Below, piece after piece: positions 55,605-64,000 of a DNA stretch of 64,000 nt; positions within the stretch are counted from its first letter, which is position 1; each line of letters opens with the position of its first letter. Source of the stretch: Naegleria gruberi (taxonomy: Eukaryota); the NCBI GenBank assembly GCA_000004985.1, contig GG738864.1; one strand, 5' to 3'. The position numbers and the translations under genes were made by a program. The notes beneath the pieces are model-generated. The model worked only from the letters and a program-made list of their open reading frames with translations, searched no databases and was not told where the DNA came from.

Positions 55605-56576
55605 ACTCAAAAATTCTCTGGTTATGACATTTTAATCAATGCCACAGATTTTGAGAAGAATACTAATGAAGAAGAATTCGAAACCAATGTAATTGAAGCT
55701 TGTTTAAAGACCAATTCCATTCAACGTTACATTCCAGCTGATTTTACTTTGGATTATCGTAAATTCTCAGAAGGTGAAAATGAAAAGATGGATATTCGAA
55801 AGAGAATCCTTTCTCTATTGGAAAAGAATAAGGAAAAGTTGAGTTATACCTCAATTCTTAATGGTGTTTTCATGGAGAGACTTTTCGATCCATTCTACAA
55901 GTGGAAAATTCTCAATTTAGAAGAAAGAAAGGTAGAATTCTATTCGAATGATAAAAGTGAACCAATTTTGGACTTTTCATTGTATCCTCAAGTTGGTCAA
56001 CTATGCGCTCTCTCCACTACCTTACTCTATGACCAATCTGAGAATATTACCATTCCATTTGTGTCCGAATCCTTGTCCATGTCCGAGTTGGCCAAAATGC
56101 TTTCTCAAGATTTAGGACATGGCCAATGGAAAGTTGAAAAATTGGGCACCCTTAATGATTTGAAAGATGCCGTCAAGAAGAAACAAGAAAAGAGACAAGA
56201 GAAGGAGTTGGATAATTCCTATGCCTACGATTATTTACTTGCTATATTTAGTCAAAAAGGAAGAATTGATATTGACAAAAATGGAAAGGACTTTATTAAG
56301 GCAGCTCAAAAGATGATTGGTTCCATTGAGAAGAGTTATAGAGAGAGAAATGAAAATGTTGGTAAAAGTGTCTTGTTTGGAGCAAGTGTTGGTCTTTCCA
56401 AAGTTGCCACTACTGAAGCAAGTAAGAAGAAATTGGAAGAAAGTGGTGGAATCTTGCATCAAATGGTGAGTGATCAATTTGGAAGTAAGGATACCTCCAA
56501 ACTGGATTTGGAACAAATCTGCTCTCGTTTCGGTTGTGCATACACTCCAAAAGCCAACCCAGAAGCAACCAAATAA
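55605..56576 (+). CDS. NmrA-like protein, exon 2
   Basis: The acceptor ...tcgaatag|ACT follows a 46-nt intron. The exon is in frame with ORF 55749..56576 and carries the NmrA-like stretch YDILINATDF... Confidence 0.6.
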   Translation, partial: TQKFSGYDILINATDFEKNTNEEEFETNVIEACLKTNSIQRYIPADFTLDYRKFSEGENEKMDIRKRILSLLEKNKEKLSYTSILNGVFMERLFDPFYKWKILNLEERKVEFYSNDKSEPILDFSLYPQVGQLCALSTTLLYDQSENITIPFVSESLSMSELAKMLSQDLGHGQWKVEKLGTLNDLKDAVKKKQEKRQEKELDNSYAYDYLLAIFSQKGRIDIDKNGKDFIKAAQKMIGSIEKSYRERNENVGKSVLFGASVGLSKVATTEASKKKLEESGGILHQMVSDQFGSKDTSKLDLEQICSRFGCAYTPKANPEATK

Positions 56577-56626
56577 TTATTATTCGAATAAAATAAACTA
56601 TTGTGTGTGAACAATTCTCCAATTTA

Positions 56627-57913
56627 TTAAAAAAACAAGGTAGGATGTGAACACTTCAACTGTTTCCTAGAAATGTTATACTCCAACTCAATCACCAACA
56701 TGGCTCCAAACAGTAAAACCTGATCTGTGGCCTCACAAATTGGCGGGAAATCAATCACCATGTTTTTCAGTGGTGCACAAATTTCATTTTGGAAACCAGA
56801 TGCTTGCTTGATGATTTGACCAGTTTTTTGGGAGATTCTTGTAGATTGGTAAGTTGGGGTAGGGCCTATGGAAACTACGAGTTTTGAAGTCACATCTTGG
56901 ATGTTGAAGAGACGATTGGTTTTGGTGTTGGGGTTTCGAATAATGAATCGTAATTCATTCTTGTGATTGACAATGTTAATGTGCATATGCTTGTTACTGA
57001 GGGTGATTTTGGGCCTAATTTCACCAATGATATTGTTGTTGGAATCTCTGACAAGGTAGGAAGATCCCTTGAAACCCTCCATTCGAAACAGGAGTTTATC
57101 CTCTAAAAGAATATCTGAATTATTTTCACCACTGATAGATTTTTCAACTTGTAACATGTCACTTCTTTCTATTTCTCTTTGCTTTTGTAAATCTGTTAAT
57201 ATTTGATTGAGAATTTCAATTTCCATTAATTTTGTCATTTCAATAAGAACATCTATTCTAATCTTTGAAGAATATCCCAAGTTTTCAATAATCTTCATTG
57301 AATTAATTTCCACATTTGAAGAATGTGCACTTCCACCTTTTCCACTTCTCAACTTGGATTTGAAATTCAACATTCGATGTCGCATCACTTTCAGATAATC
57401 AAATTCTGTTCGATTCTTTAGAAAATGTTCCTCAACCCACTCATCCAGACCTTCCAACTCATCCCTCTCTGTAAATGTTCCCTCACTTTCTTCGAAATTT
57501 TGATCAGAAGGATAATGTGGAATGTTTGGCTCCATTTCTTCAACTTTTCCAATTTCTCTTCTTTTAATGGTAACGTAATGATCAGAGAAAAATTGAGTGT
57601 GTTTTCCAAGAGAGGCAGTCAGAGCACTCCCAGAGAGGGCATACTTGTTGGGATGAAAAATTGGACTATCAGAAACGTCTATCATACGAACAGTTACCAA
57701 TCTGTCTTCTTTCTTTTTCTTTTTTGGTTGAAAAGTTTGTGGAGAATGGTCAACTTGTCTCTTACGTTGTAAAACATTGTAAATGACGTGCCCTGTGAGT
57801 CCTCGATTGGAACGAAATTTATAAAATAGAAAGGGAGTACTCTTGTGGGAGTCATAATTCTTATCATTTTCTGGATTATTGGTGAGGAATTCGTATCCAA
57901 CTGATTGAATCAT
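56627..57913 (-). CDS. Protein with a C-terminal scramblase/LURP-one-like (tubby-like fold) domain and a low-complexity N-terminal half
   Basis: A real ATG is present (ATG ATT CAA TCA). The C-terminal ...MVIDFPPICEATDQVLLFGAMLVIELEY resembles the scramblase motif llGAcfLIDfmfFE. Confidence 0.45.
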   Translation of the reverse strand: MIQSVGYEFLTNNPENDKNYDSHKSTPFLFYKFRSNRGLTGHVIYNVLQRKRQVDHSPQTFQPKKKKKEDRLVTVRMIDVSDSPIFHPNKYALSGSALTASLGKHTQFFSDHYVTIKRREIGKVEEMEPNIPHYPSDQNFEESEGTFTERDELEGLDEWVEEHFLKNRTEFDYLKVMRHRMLNFKSKLRSGKGGSAHSSNVEINSMKIIENLGYSSKIRIDVLIEMTKLMEIEILNQILTDLQKQREIERSDMLQVEKSISGENNSDILLEDKLLFRMEGFKGSSYLVRDSNNNIIGEIRPKITLSNKHMHINIVNHKNELRFIIRNPNTKTNRLFNIQDVTSKLVVSIGPTPTYQSTRISQKTGQIIKQASGFQNEICAPLKNMVIDFPPICEATDQVLLFGAMLVIELEYNISRKQLKCSHPTLFF

Positions 57914-58289
57914 TTCGGGAAGTAATAGTATTGAATGTTGTTCTTTACAATTTTTTCAATAGTTAATAGATTAGGAAACTTACTTTCGACAAATTCAGTT
58001 TCCACATGATCATCTGTATGAAAGTGAGGTAAATGAGAAGGAGAAAAGACATGATTCAATGCATAAACATTCGTCAGGTTTAGTACTTGCATTTTTTTAT
58101 GTGTTTTTTTGATCAAAAAAGTAATCTTTCCAATTCATTCCATCATTGAATTCTATCATTGAACTTTTAATACAATTCAACACTATTTAGTAATACTATT
58201 TTGTAAACTATTAAACTCCGAAAAAATCTGGCGCCAAAATTCCTTATCAAGAAGACAATCCACAATTTAATTGGACCACTTTAAAAAAA

Positions 58290-58775
58290 ATGGCTAGTTT
58301 ACGAACTGCTAATGGATCTTTCATGTTTGTTGCAGCAGCATTCTTGATTTTCGTAATCATGATGATCACAATGATGGAAAATATTGTTGCAATTTCCATC
58401 CTTCCGAATAATGATGAACTGAAAGTTTTTCATTCCGAATTTGCCAAATATTTGCAAATTATTAATGAGGTAAATAGAGATTATCGTGATGGTGCTTCTA
58501 CTTGGATGGCTGCTCCTAATGATGTAATGAGAAATCCAGAGCGAATTCAATTTTTAGGCTTGAAGAATATGAAACAATTGGAGGAGTTTGAGATGAAGGT
58601 CAATGGAGGGGAATTATCGCAATTTATGAAGGAACACTTGATCTTGTTGAGAACATTGATTAAGAGAGGTGCTATGGAACCACCTAAGAGTGTGAGTGGA
58701 AAATCTATTTTGAAGAGAAACTATATGAATATTGCTGAATTTGACAGTAGACAAAAGTGGCCAAATTGCGTTCAT
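58290..58775 (+). CDS. Cathepsin B-like cysteine protease, exon 1 (signal/TM-like N-terminus plus propeptide)
   Basis: A real ATG is present. The hydrophobic segment FMFVAAAFLIFVIMMITMM follows. The propeptide ends ...QKWPNCVH, at the donor CAT|gtaagt. Confidence 0.8.
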
Positions 58776-58820
58776 GTAAGTTTAGTTTGATAAATAATTG
58801 AAACATAATCTGAATGATAG

Positions 58821-58963
58821 CCAATCAGAGACCAGGGCAATTGTGGTAGTTGCTATAGCTTTGCAAGTTCAGAAGTAATGAGTGATAGATTTTGTATATT
58901 TTCAAATGGTTCTGTCAATGTCGTCTTGTCACCTCAAGATTTAGTGACCTGTTCTTGGTATTC
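58821..58963 (+). CDS. Cathepsin B-like, exon 2 (active-site Cys)
   Basis: [46 protein letters not shown] matches cathepsin B [29 protein letters not shown]... Confidence 0.8.
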
Positions 58964-59009
58964 GTAAGTTTCTTGTTTTTAGAGTAAAGTTAAATTTCGA
59001 TCATTCAAG

Positions 59010-59379
59010 ATTTGGATGTAATGGAGGTATTCCAGGTTTAGTTTTTGATTATATTCACAAGGATGGTTTAGTGTCTGATGCTTGTTTCCCATACTTGTCC
59101 TATGATGGTAATACCCATGTTAAGTGTCCTGATTTCTGCTATAACAACAAAACCAAGTCATTCAAGAGTGATAAGCATTTTGCTGATAAGGTTTATCATG
59201 TTGGTGAATTTTTGGAAGATAAAGCAAAACGTGTTTTGGAAATTCAAAAAGAAATCTTGACCCATGGACCAGTGAATGCTGATTTTATGGTCTATTCTGA
59301 TTTTACAGTGTACAAGAGTGGAGTTTACAGACATCAAACTGGATCTTTTGAAGGAATTCATGCTGTTAAAATTATTGGA
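59010..59379 (+). CDS. Cathepsin B-like, exon 3 (occluding-loop region and active-site His)
   Basis: The exon reads FGCNGGIPG...HGPVNADFMVYSDFTVYKSGVYRHQTGSFEGIHAVKIIG. Confidence 0.8.
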
Positions 59380-59444
59380 GTAAGTTGTAATATTCAGTGC
59401 TCTAGATATTAATGGATTACTAAAATTATTTAAATTTGAAATAG

Positions 59445-59538
59445 TGGGGAACTGAGAATGGAGTTGATTATTGGTTGATTGCCAATTCGTGGGGAACAAC
59501 ATTTGGTTTGCAAGGATTTTTCAAAATTGTTAGAGGAG
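59445..59538 (+). CDS. Cathepsin B-like, exon 4 (active-site Asn)
   Basis: The exon reads WGTENGVDYWLIANSWGTTFGLQGFFKIVRG. Confidence 0.8.
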
Positions 59539-59609
59539 GTAAGTTTATACATCTTGAAGAGAAAAGTAGTAATTAATAATTAAAATACCTTTGATTTTCT
59601 ATGTTATAG

Positions 59610-59662
59610 TGGACGAATGTGGTATTGAATTGTCTGTATATGCTGGTATTCCAAAACTTTAA
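59610..59662 (+). CDS. Cathepsin B-like, exon 5 (C-terminus VDECGIELSVYAGIPKL, stop)
   Basis: It matches cathepsin B RGQDHCGIESEVVAGIP. All four introns are GT-AG and 45-72 nt long. Confidence 0.75.
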
Positions 59663-60090
59663 ATTGTTAATATTCAACAAAAATTAAATTAAAAATTTAA
59701 AAAAATGGAAAAAGTGGATTCTTGCTCGTCGTTTCCGCTTCTTATTTCGCAAAGAGGTTCAAGGATTAACATGTTTAATTGGACACCAGAAGGTAATTTT
59801 ATAATTCTACAAAATAGGTAAATGAACAAATCAGAAGGCATTATCAAAAAAATTGACGAGATGCAAGATTTGATGGATAAAGAGGTTGTAATGTAAATTT
59901 TTAATTTCGCAATACATTACAAACACCAAGAGGCATTAAAATATAATAGTGCCATACGCTATTCGTCAGCTCCATGTTAAGATATCAGATACTCATATCT
60001 GTTATCTAGATGCTGTGTCATGGCAACAATCCTCCAATATTAGCAGATTTTTCAAGAGTCAATTAGTTCATTAATCATTAAAAAAACAAA

Positions 60091-63000
60091 ATGACTTCAC
60101 GAGTGTATCCTCAAACACAAAACACAACAAGAGCTGCTACAGGAAGTGTAGTGCTTAACGACGCTGAAAGTTCCTCTCAATTTGGTGCAGGAACTTCTGC
60201 CACTTCAAGCACATATGCTTCTTCATTGGGTGGGAAAAGTGTTGTAAACAATGCTGGAATAAGTATATTCTCATTGATAACAACTCTCAGACCTAAAGAT
60301 ACACTAGTTGGTAACGAGAATACTTACATGTTGCTTGGAATGGTATTCTATCACATTTACTTGATATACAACTCTGTAATACTCTCATCAATTTCAACAC
60401 CAATGATTAGAGATGGCGATTCTACATTGTGGGGAGTTATACCTGGTTGGATATGGAGAGCTTTGTATTTTCCAATTAATTTGGCATCTGAATTCTATCC
60501 ATACTTTTTAATTATTGCACTATCAATACTATTTGTAGTTATACAAGTATGTACTTGTTTTGGAATTTATTATTGCAAGTGGGCTGCAAGAAAGGGAGGA
60601 AAATTGTTTGAAAAGATCAAGACATTTCTATTGAATTCTTTGATATTCCAAAGAACTTTCACTTTATTCATCTTGTCCATTCATGCAATTTTGTTATCTC
60701 CAAACACCAAGAATGGTACTTTATATTACTTTCCAAGTCAATCTTTCAGCTCAGTGATACAAATAGTTTGTGCAGTAATAGGATGTGTTGGAATATTGTT
60801 GAATATAGGTTTGACGGCCATTGCAACACTATTAACTGGCGAAACAAGCCCTCAGTTGGGTCGAAGAATTTGGTTTTCATTGTACTCTATTTCACCATTT
60901 ATGTTCTTTGATTTTGTTAATCAACTAAGTTTAATTTCAACTATTATTTGTGCAGAACCCTATACTTATATTGCTTCTATTATGAAAGTTGTAATGAATT
61001 TATTACTACTAGTAGTAACCGTGAAATCCTTGCCATTCTTTAGAAAATGGGAGAATTGCTTCTATTTAGCATTGATTAGTTTGAAAGTTTTTACTCCAAT
61101 ACCACCATTAATTTTGCCATTTCTTTCTTCTAATCAATTAAATCAACAAGAGATTGGTGGTATCGTGACAGGTGTTACTTTTGCAACTGCTGTCATTTCT
61201 TTTGTATCTGGATTCATTATTTCTTACATTTGGTTAGCATTTAAAATGAAATCAATCAGAAACATACTATCCAATAAGGAAGACAGCTCAGCAACATTGC
61301 TTCTTCTTGAGAAATCAAAAAAGAAACAAGAGAACCTTTCACTATTCATAAGATTTGCAAACAATAGTTCTCCAGCAATGAAATCGAGGGAAGGAAGTGA
61401 TTTTGACTTGGCCAAACATGCTGTCAACACACTTGTCAAACCAATTGAAAATGTTGAACTATTAATTATCAGTTCCTTATTTGTTTCTTTTGGTGGAATT
61501 CTAGATTATGATTATTCCCAATCATTTAGTATTGGATTGGCTCTATTACAAAAAGCTCAACGAATTTCACCTTCGCTATCTCAGATGTTCAATATCATGT
61601 TAAGAAATGAAGAAGTTGAGTTTCATGCCTTTCATGGAAATAATCTTGAAGTTTTGAGAAAACTTGTAATGGTTGAAAAGAAAGTGAAATCATTGTCTAG
61701 ATGTCACAAGTCATTCTTTAAAGAATTATTGAATGACAAACCATCTATTGGTAAATTAGAACATATTAATAGTACCATTTGTTCGATTTATAATGAATGT
61801 GATACAATTTATGATAATTTACTAGTTTCTAATAGATCCAACAAGACACTACTCAGATCATATGCCTCCTATTTGGAAAAATACAAGTGGGAAATCAATT
61901 TAGCAAAACAATTATTTGAAGAAGCCCAAGACAATGATGAAGATAAGAATAAGCAACAGTTTAAGGCACCAGAATCTTCGTTCCATAAAGGAAACACATC
62001 TAGATTTAGTATAGATTCACAAAGAGCTAATATGGATGGTTGGGATTCTGTCAGTGTTGCTGGTGCAGACGAAAACGATGAAGATAGAAAAGATCATGTT
62101 TTGAGAATGGCAATCAACTCTCCCATGTCAACTGTTGCTTATTCCACATTATTTTTCCTTTTCTGTACCCTCTCTGTACTAACTATTTGTATCGTAGCAC
62201 CAGTTTCACTTGTATTTACTCAGAGTATCAATGAGAGAATGACAATGCAAGAGCAGGTTTGCTTAATGACCTCAGTTCCATACAAATTATTAACTCAGGT
62301 TCTAGCGCTTCAAGCAGAATATAGTTTGAGAGGAAATAATACTGAGAAATTACTTAATTCTACCATTGATTATACCAATAACTTGTTGGATACTGTAAAA
62401 ACAGTAGTAACAGCAGGAGACAATAACATGTTAATGCCAGAAGTTGCAAGAGAATATTTGAAAAATCAATATGAACTTAAACTTCCAATTACTAATGATT
62501 CATTAATTGGAAATGAAATACCAGGATATACAATCACTAATACCTCTATTCAATTCTACTTATCTTCCGTGTACACCCATGGAAAGACCTTGCTACAAGA
62601 ATTTAATGATATGGACCAACTGGTTTCGAATACCGATGAGAATTATGCTTTGTTATTTATATTCTACAATAGAATTCCAATGACTCAAGCTTTCAATAGT
62701 TTGTGTTCTAAATTTGTAGAAGAAAGTGTAGCTTCAATTGAAACGAATTTCGAACAATTGTGGATAGTTACAGTTTCTGTTCTTGTTACTTATTTGAGTA
62801 TTTCACTAATTTTCTTTGCAGTAATATTCACACACTCTAGAAGACTTGTTGTTGAGCTTAAAGAAATATTCAGAAGAATAACAAAAGATGAAATAGGAAA
62901 AGTTTATCACAGTTTTGAAAAGAAAATAGACGATTCTATTAGCTCTTCAAATAACCTTTTGAAAATGAGCAATATCCTAATGTTTGGAAGTTTCCTCTTT

Positions 63001-64000
63001 GTAATCGTCATTTGTTTATGTTCCCTACTAGTTGTAGTCGAGCTCAACAGCAATACCAAACAAAGTGCTCGAACCATGAATGTTGTTGGTTCTATTAATG
63101 CAGTTTCGCTTAGAACTTCAAGAACCAACTTTAGATTAATCTGGTTTATTGAAAGGATAAAGTATCTAACAATGGATCCTTTATCTGTTAACCAGGAAAA
63201 TAAGCAAGACTTGCTTGATTTGAGAACATATTGGAATTATGTTGTGGTGGGTGATGAATCAACTTCTTACACCTCTGCCGTGTTTGGAAAATATGAAGAT
63301 GTCGATTATCTATTATCCGATCTTTGTAATGATACTGTTTCAATGGCTGATCCTTGTCATAGTTTAACTGTTGCATTGACTGATTACATTACAAAAGCTC
63401 TAGATTATAATGAAGTATTCTATTACCAAAAAAAGAGTAAGACGTTTATTCAAAATGCATATTTTGCAAAAGTATTCTATGTCACACAGACAGTTACTTA
63501 CAATTTACAAACTTTAATCTCTGCTCTTGTAACTCATGAAAAGGTTTCAAATATTGGGTTAACAGCTAGTATGATTGGTTTGTGTTTCGTTTCTACAATT
63601 TTATATGCTGCCATTTGTTATTCATCCTTGAATAGGTATTGGAAGGAAAGAGCTTGTTTGAGAATGATGTTGAATTATATCAATATAGATCTAATTGAAA
63701 GTAATTTGATATTGAGAGAGTATGTCATGTCAAATGTTGTTCCTTCAAAGATTTCCTCTAAAATAGTGCCATCCTTTGAAACTGAGCAAGAAAAGGATGA
63801 CAAGATTGAAATGGTAAAGACAGTATTGAATGGAGGTGTTGATTCTGCAATTATTTGTGATAAGGATGGAAATATTACAATTTTCAATAATTCTGCTGAG
63901 GAAATGTTCGGCTATTCCAGATCACAAGTTTTAGGGTTACCAATTCAAACCCTATTTACCTCTGAATATTCTGAGAGACTCATGAAATTGATTTCAACTG
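60091..64000 (+). CDS. Large polytopic membrane protein with a PAS domain near residue ~1270. It is 5'-complete and runs off the window end.
   Basis: The ATG is at 60091. I spot-checked the frame at 62881 and 63901 and found it open. The ORF track lists no plus-strand ORF here, because no stop is reached. At least 10 hydrophobic helices are present. The PAS-like stretch is DSAIICDKDGNITIFNNSAEEMFGYSRSQVLGLPIQTLF. Confidence 0.55.
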   Translation, partial: MTSRVYPQTQNTTRAATGSVVLNDAESSSQFGAGTSATSSTYASSLGGKSVVNNAGISIFSLITTLRPKDTLVGNENTYMLLGMVFYHIYLIYNSVILSSISTPMIRDGDSTLWGVIPGWIWRALYFPINLASEFYPYFLIIALSILFVVIQVCTCFGIYYCKWAARKGGKLFEKIKTFLLNSLIFQRTFTLFILSIHAILLSPNTKNGTLYYFPSQSFSSVIQIVCAVIGCVGILLNIGLTAIATLLTGETSPQLGRRIWFSLYSISPFMFFDFVNQLSLISTIICAEPYTYIASIMKVVMNLLLLVVTVKSLPFFRKWENCFYLALISLKVFTPIPPLILPFLSSNQLNQQEIGGIVTGVTFATAVISFVSGFIISYIWLAFKMKSIRNILSNKEDSSATLLLLEKSKKKQENLSLFIRFANNSSPAMKSREGSDFDLAKHAVNTLVKPIENVELLIISSLFVSFGGILDYDYSQSFSIGLALLQKAQRISPSLSQMFNIMLRNEEVEFHAFHGNNLEVLRKLVMVEKKVKSLSRCHKSFFKELLNDKPSIGKLEHINSTICSIYNECDTIYDNLLVSNRSNKTLLRSYASYLEKYKWEINLAKQLFEEAQDNDEDKNKQQFKAPESSFHKGNTSRFSIDSQRANMDGWDSVSVAGADENDEDRKDHVLRMAINSPMSTVAYSTLFFLFCTLSVLTICIVAPVSLVFTQSINERMTMQEQVCLMTSVPYKLLTQVLALQAEYSLRGNNTEKLLNSTIDYTNNLLDTVKTVVTAGDNNMLMPEVAREYLKNQYELKLPITNDSLIGNEIPGYTITNTSIQFYLSSVYTHGKTLLQEFNDMDQLVSNTDENYALLFIFYNRIPMTQAFNSLCSKFVEESVASIETNFEQLWIVTVSVLVTYLSISLIFFAVIFTHSRRLVVELKEIFRRITKDEIGKVYHSFEKKIDDSISSSNNLLKMSNILMFGSFLFVIVICLCSLLVVVELNSNTKQSARTMNVVGSINAVSLRTSRTNFRLIWFIERIKYLTMDPLSVNQENKQDLLDLRTYWNYVVVGDESTSYTSAVFGKYEDVDYLLSDLCNDTVSMADPCHSLTVALTDYITKALDYNEVFYYQKKSKTFIQNAYFAKVFYVTQTVTYNLQTLISALVTHEKVSNIGLTASMIGLCFVSTILYAAICYSSLNRYWKERACLRMMLNYINIDLIESNLILREYVMSNVVPSKISSKIVPSFETEQEKDDKIEMVKTVLNGGVDSAIICDKDGNITIFNNSAEEMFGYSRSQVLGLPIQTLFTSEYSERLMKLIST

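Noticed and set aside
57910-58116. Small minus-strand ORF as a 5' exon of the scramblase-like gene
   Set aside because: It has a gtaagt donor, but no acceptor restores the MIQSVGYEF frame. The ATG at 57913 is genuine, so the downstream gene is taken as single-exon.
1-64000. Prokaryotic-style systems (CRISPR arrays, restriction-modification or toxin-antitoxin operons, phage defence islands)
   Set aside because: The sequence is eukaryotic. It has spliceosomal introns, a eukaryotic Pol III tRNA context and conserved eukaryotic proteins (tubulin, ACOX, AP-4 mu and MCU). No direct-repeat/spacer architecture or operon structure is present.

Overview
This window reads as AT-rich eukaryotic nuclear DNA, roughly one third GC by eye. 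It is not a prokaryotic locus. The ORF track evidently accepts GTG/TTG as start codons, so many ORFs that begin with 'M' are really internal exons.

The sequence favours standard genetic code, mostly TAA stops, short GT-AG introns (about 35 to 85 nt, one about 280 nt), and Asn/Gln/Ser-rich low-complexity coding. The gene content is a highly divergent single-exon beta-tubulin, a PadA/NmrA-like protein, ComC-like tenascin-type EGF repeats, AP-4 mu and MCU. Together these resemble a dictyostelid-like amoebozoan. I cannot name the species.

The left 2.8 kb is gene-free. It carries a 431-bp telomere-type (CCCAAA)n array (G-strand TTTGGG, with TTGGGG variants) sitting between two 50-N assembly gaps. 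Next to it is a strongly G-depleted AT-rich block.

The remaining ~61 kb is dense with about 30 protein-coding genes on both strands and one tRNA-Gly(GCC). From left to right the genes are:
- a giant EGF-like/mucin-like secreted glycoprotein, whose 3' end runs through a telomere-like fragment;
- a membrane-anchored RGS protein;
- a 4xSPRY protein;
- an MDR/quinone-oxidoreductase-like protein;
- a SWIM+RING E3 ligase (ZSWIM2-like, 3 exons);
- a NADAR-domain protein;
- a cathepsin X/Z-like protease;
- a START-domain protein;
- a ~2000-aa LRR protein;
- an acyl-CoA oxidase;
- a large NHL-repeat type I membrane protein, followed in tandem by a truncated NHL paralog with an in-frame stop, immediately next to the tRNA;
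- an MCU homolog with a DVVE instead of a DIME filter motif;
- AP-4 mu (4 exons);
- beta-tubulin;
- an NmrA-like protein;
- a scramblase/LURP-like protein;
- a 5-exon cathepsin B-like protease;
- the N-terminal ~1300 codons of a polytopic membrane protein with a PAS domain, running off the window end.

I found no CRISPR array, no operon-like organisation and no recognisable intact transposon. Exon boundaries were worked out by hand and may be off by a base or two.
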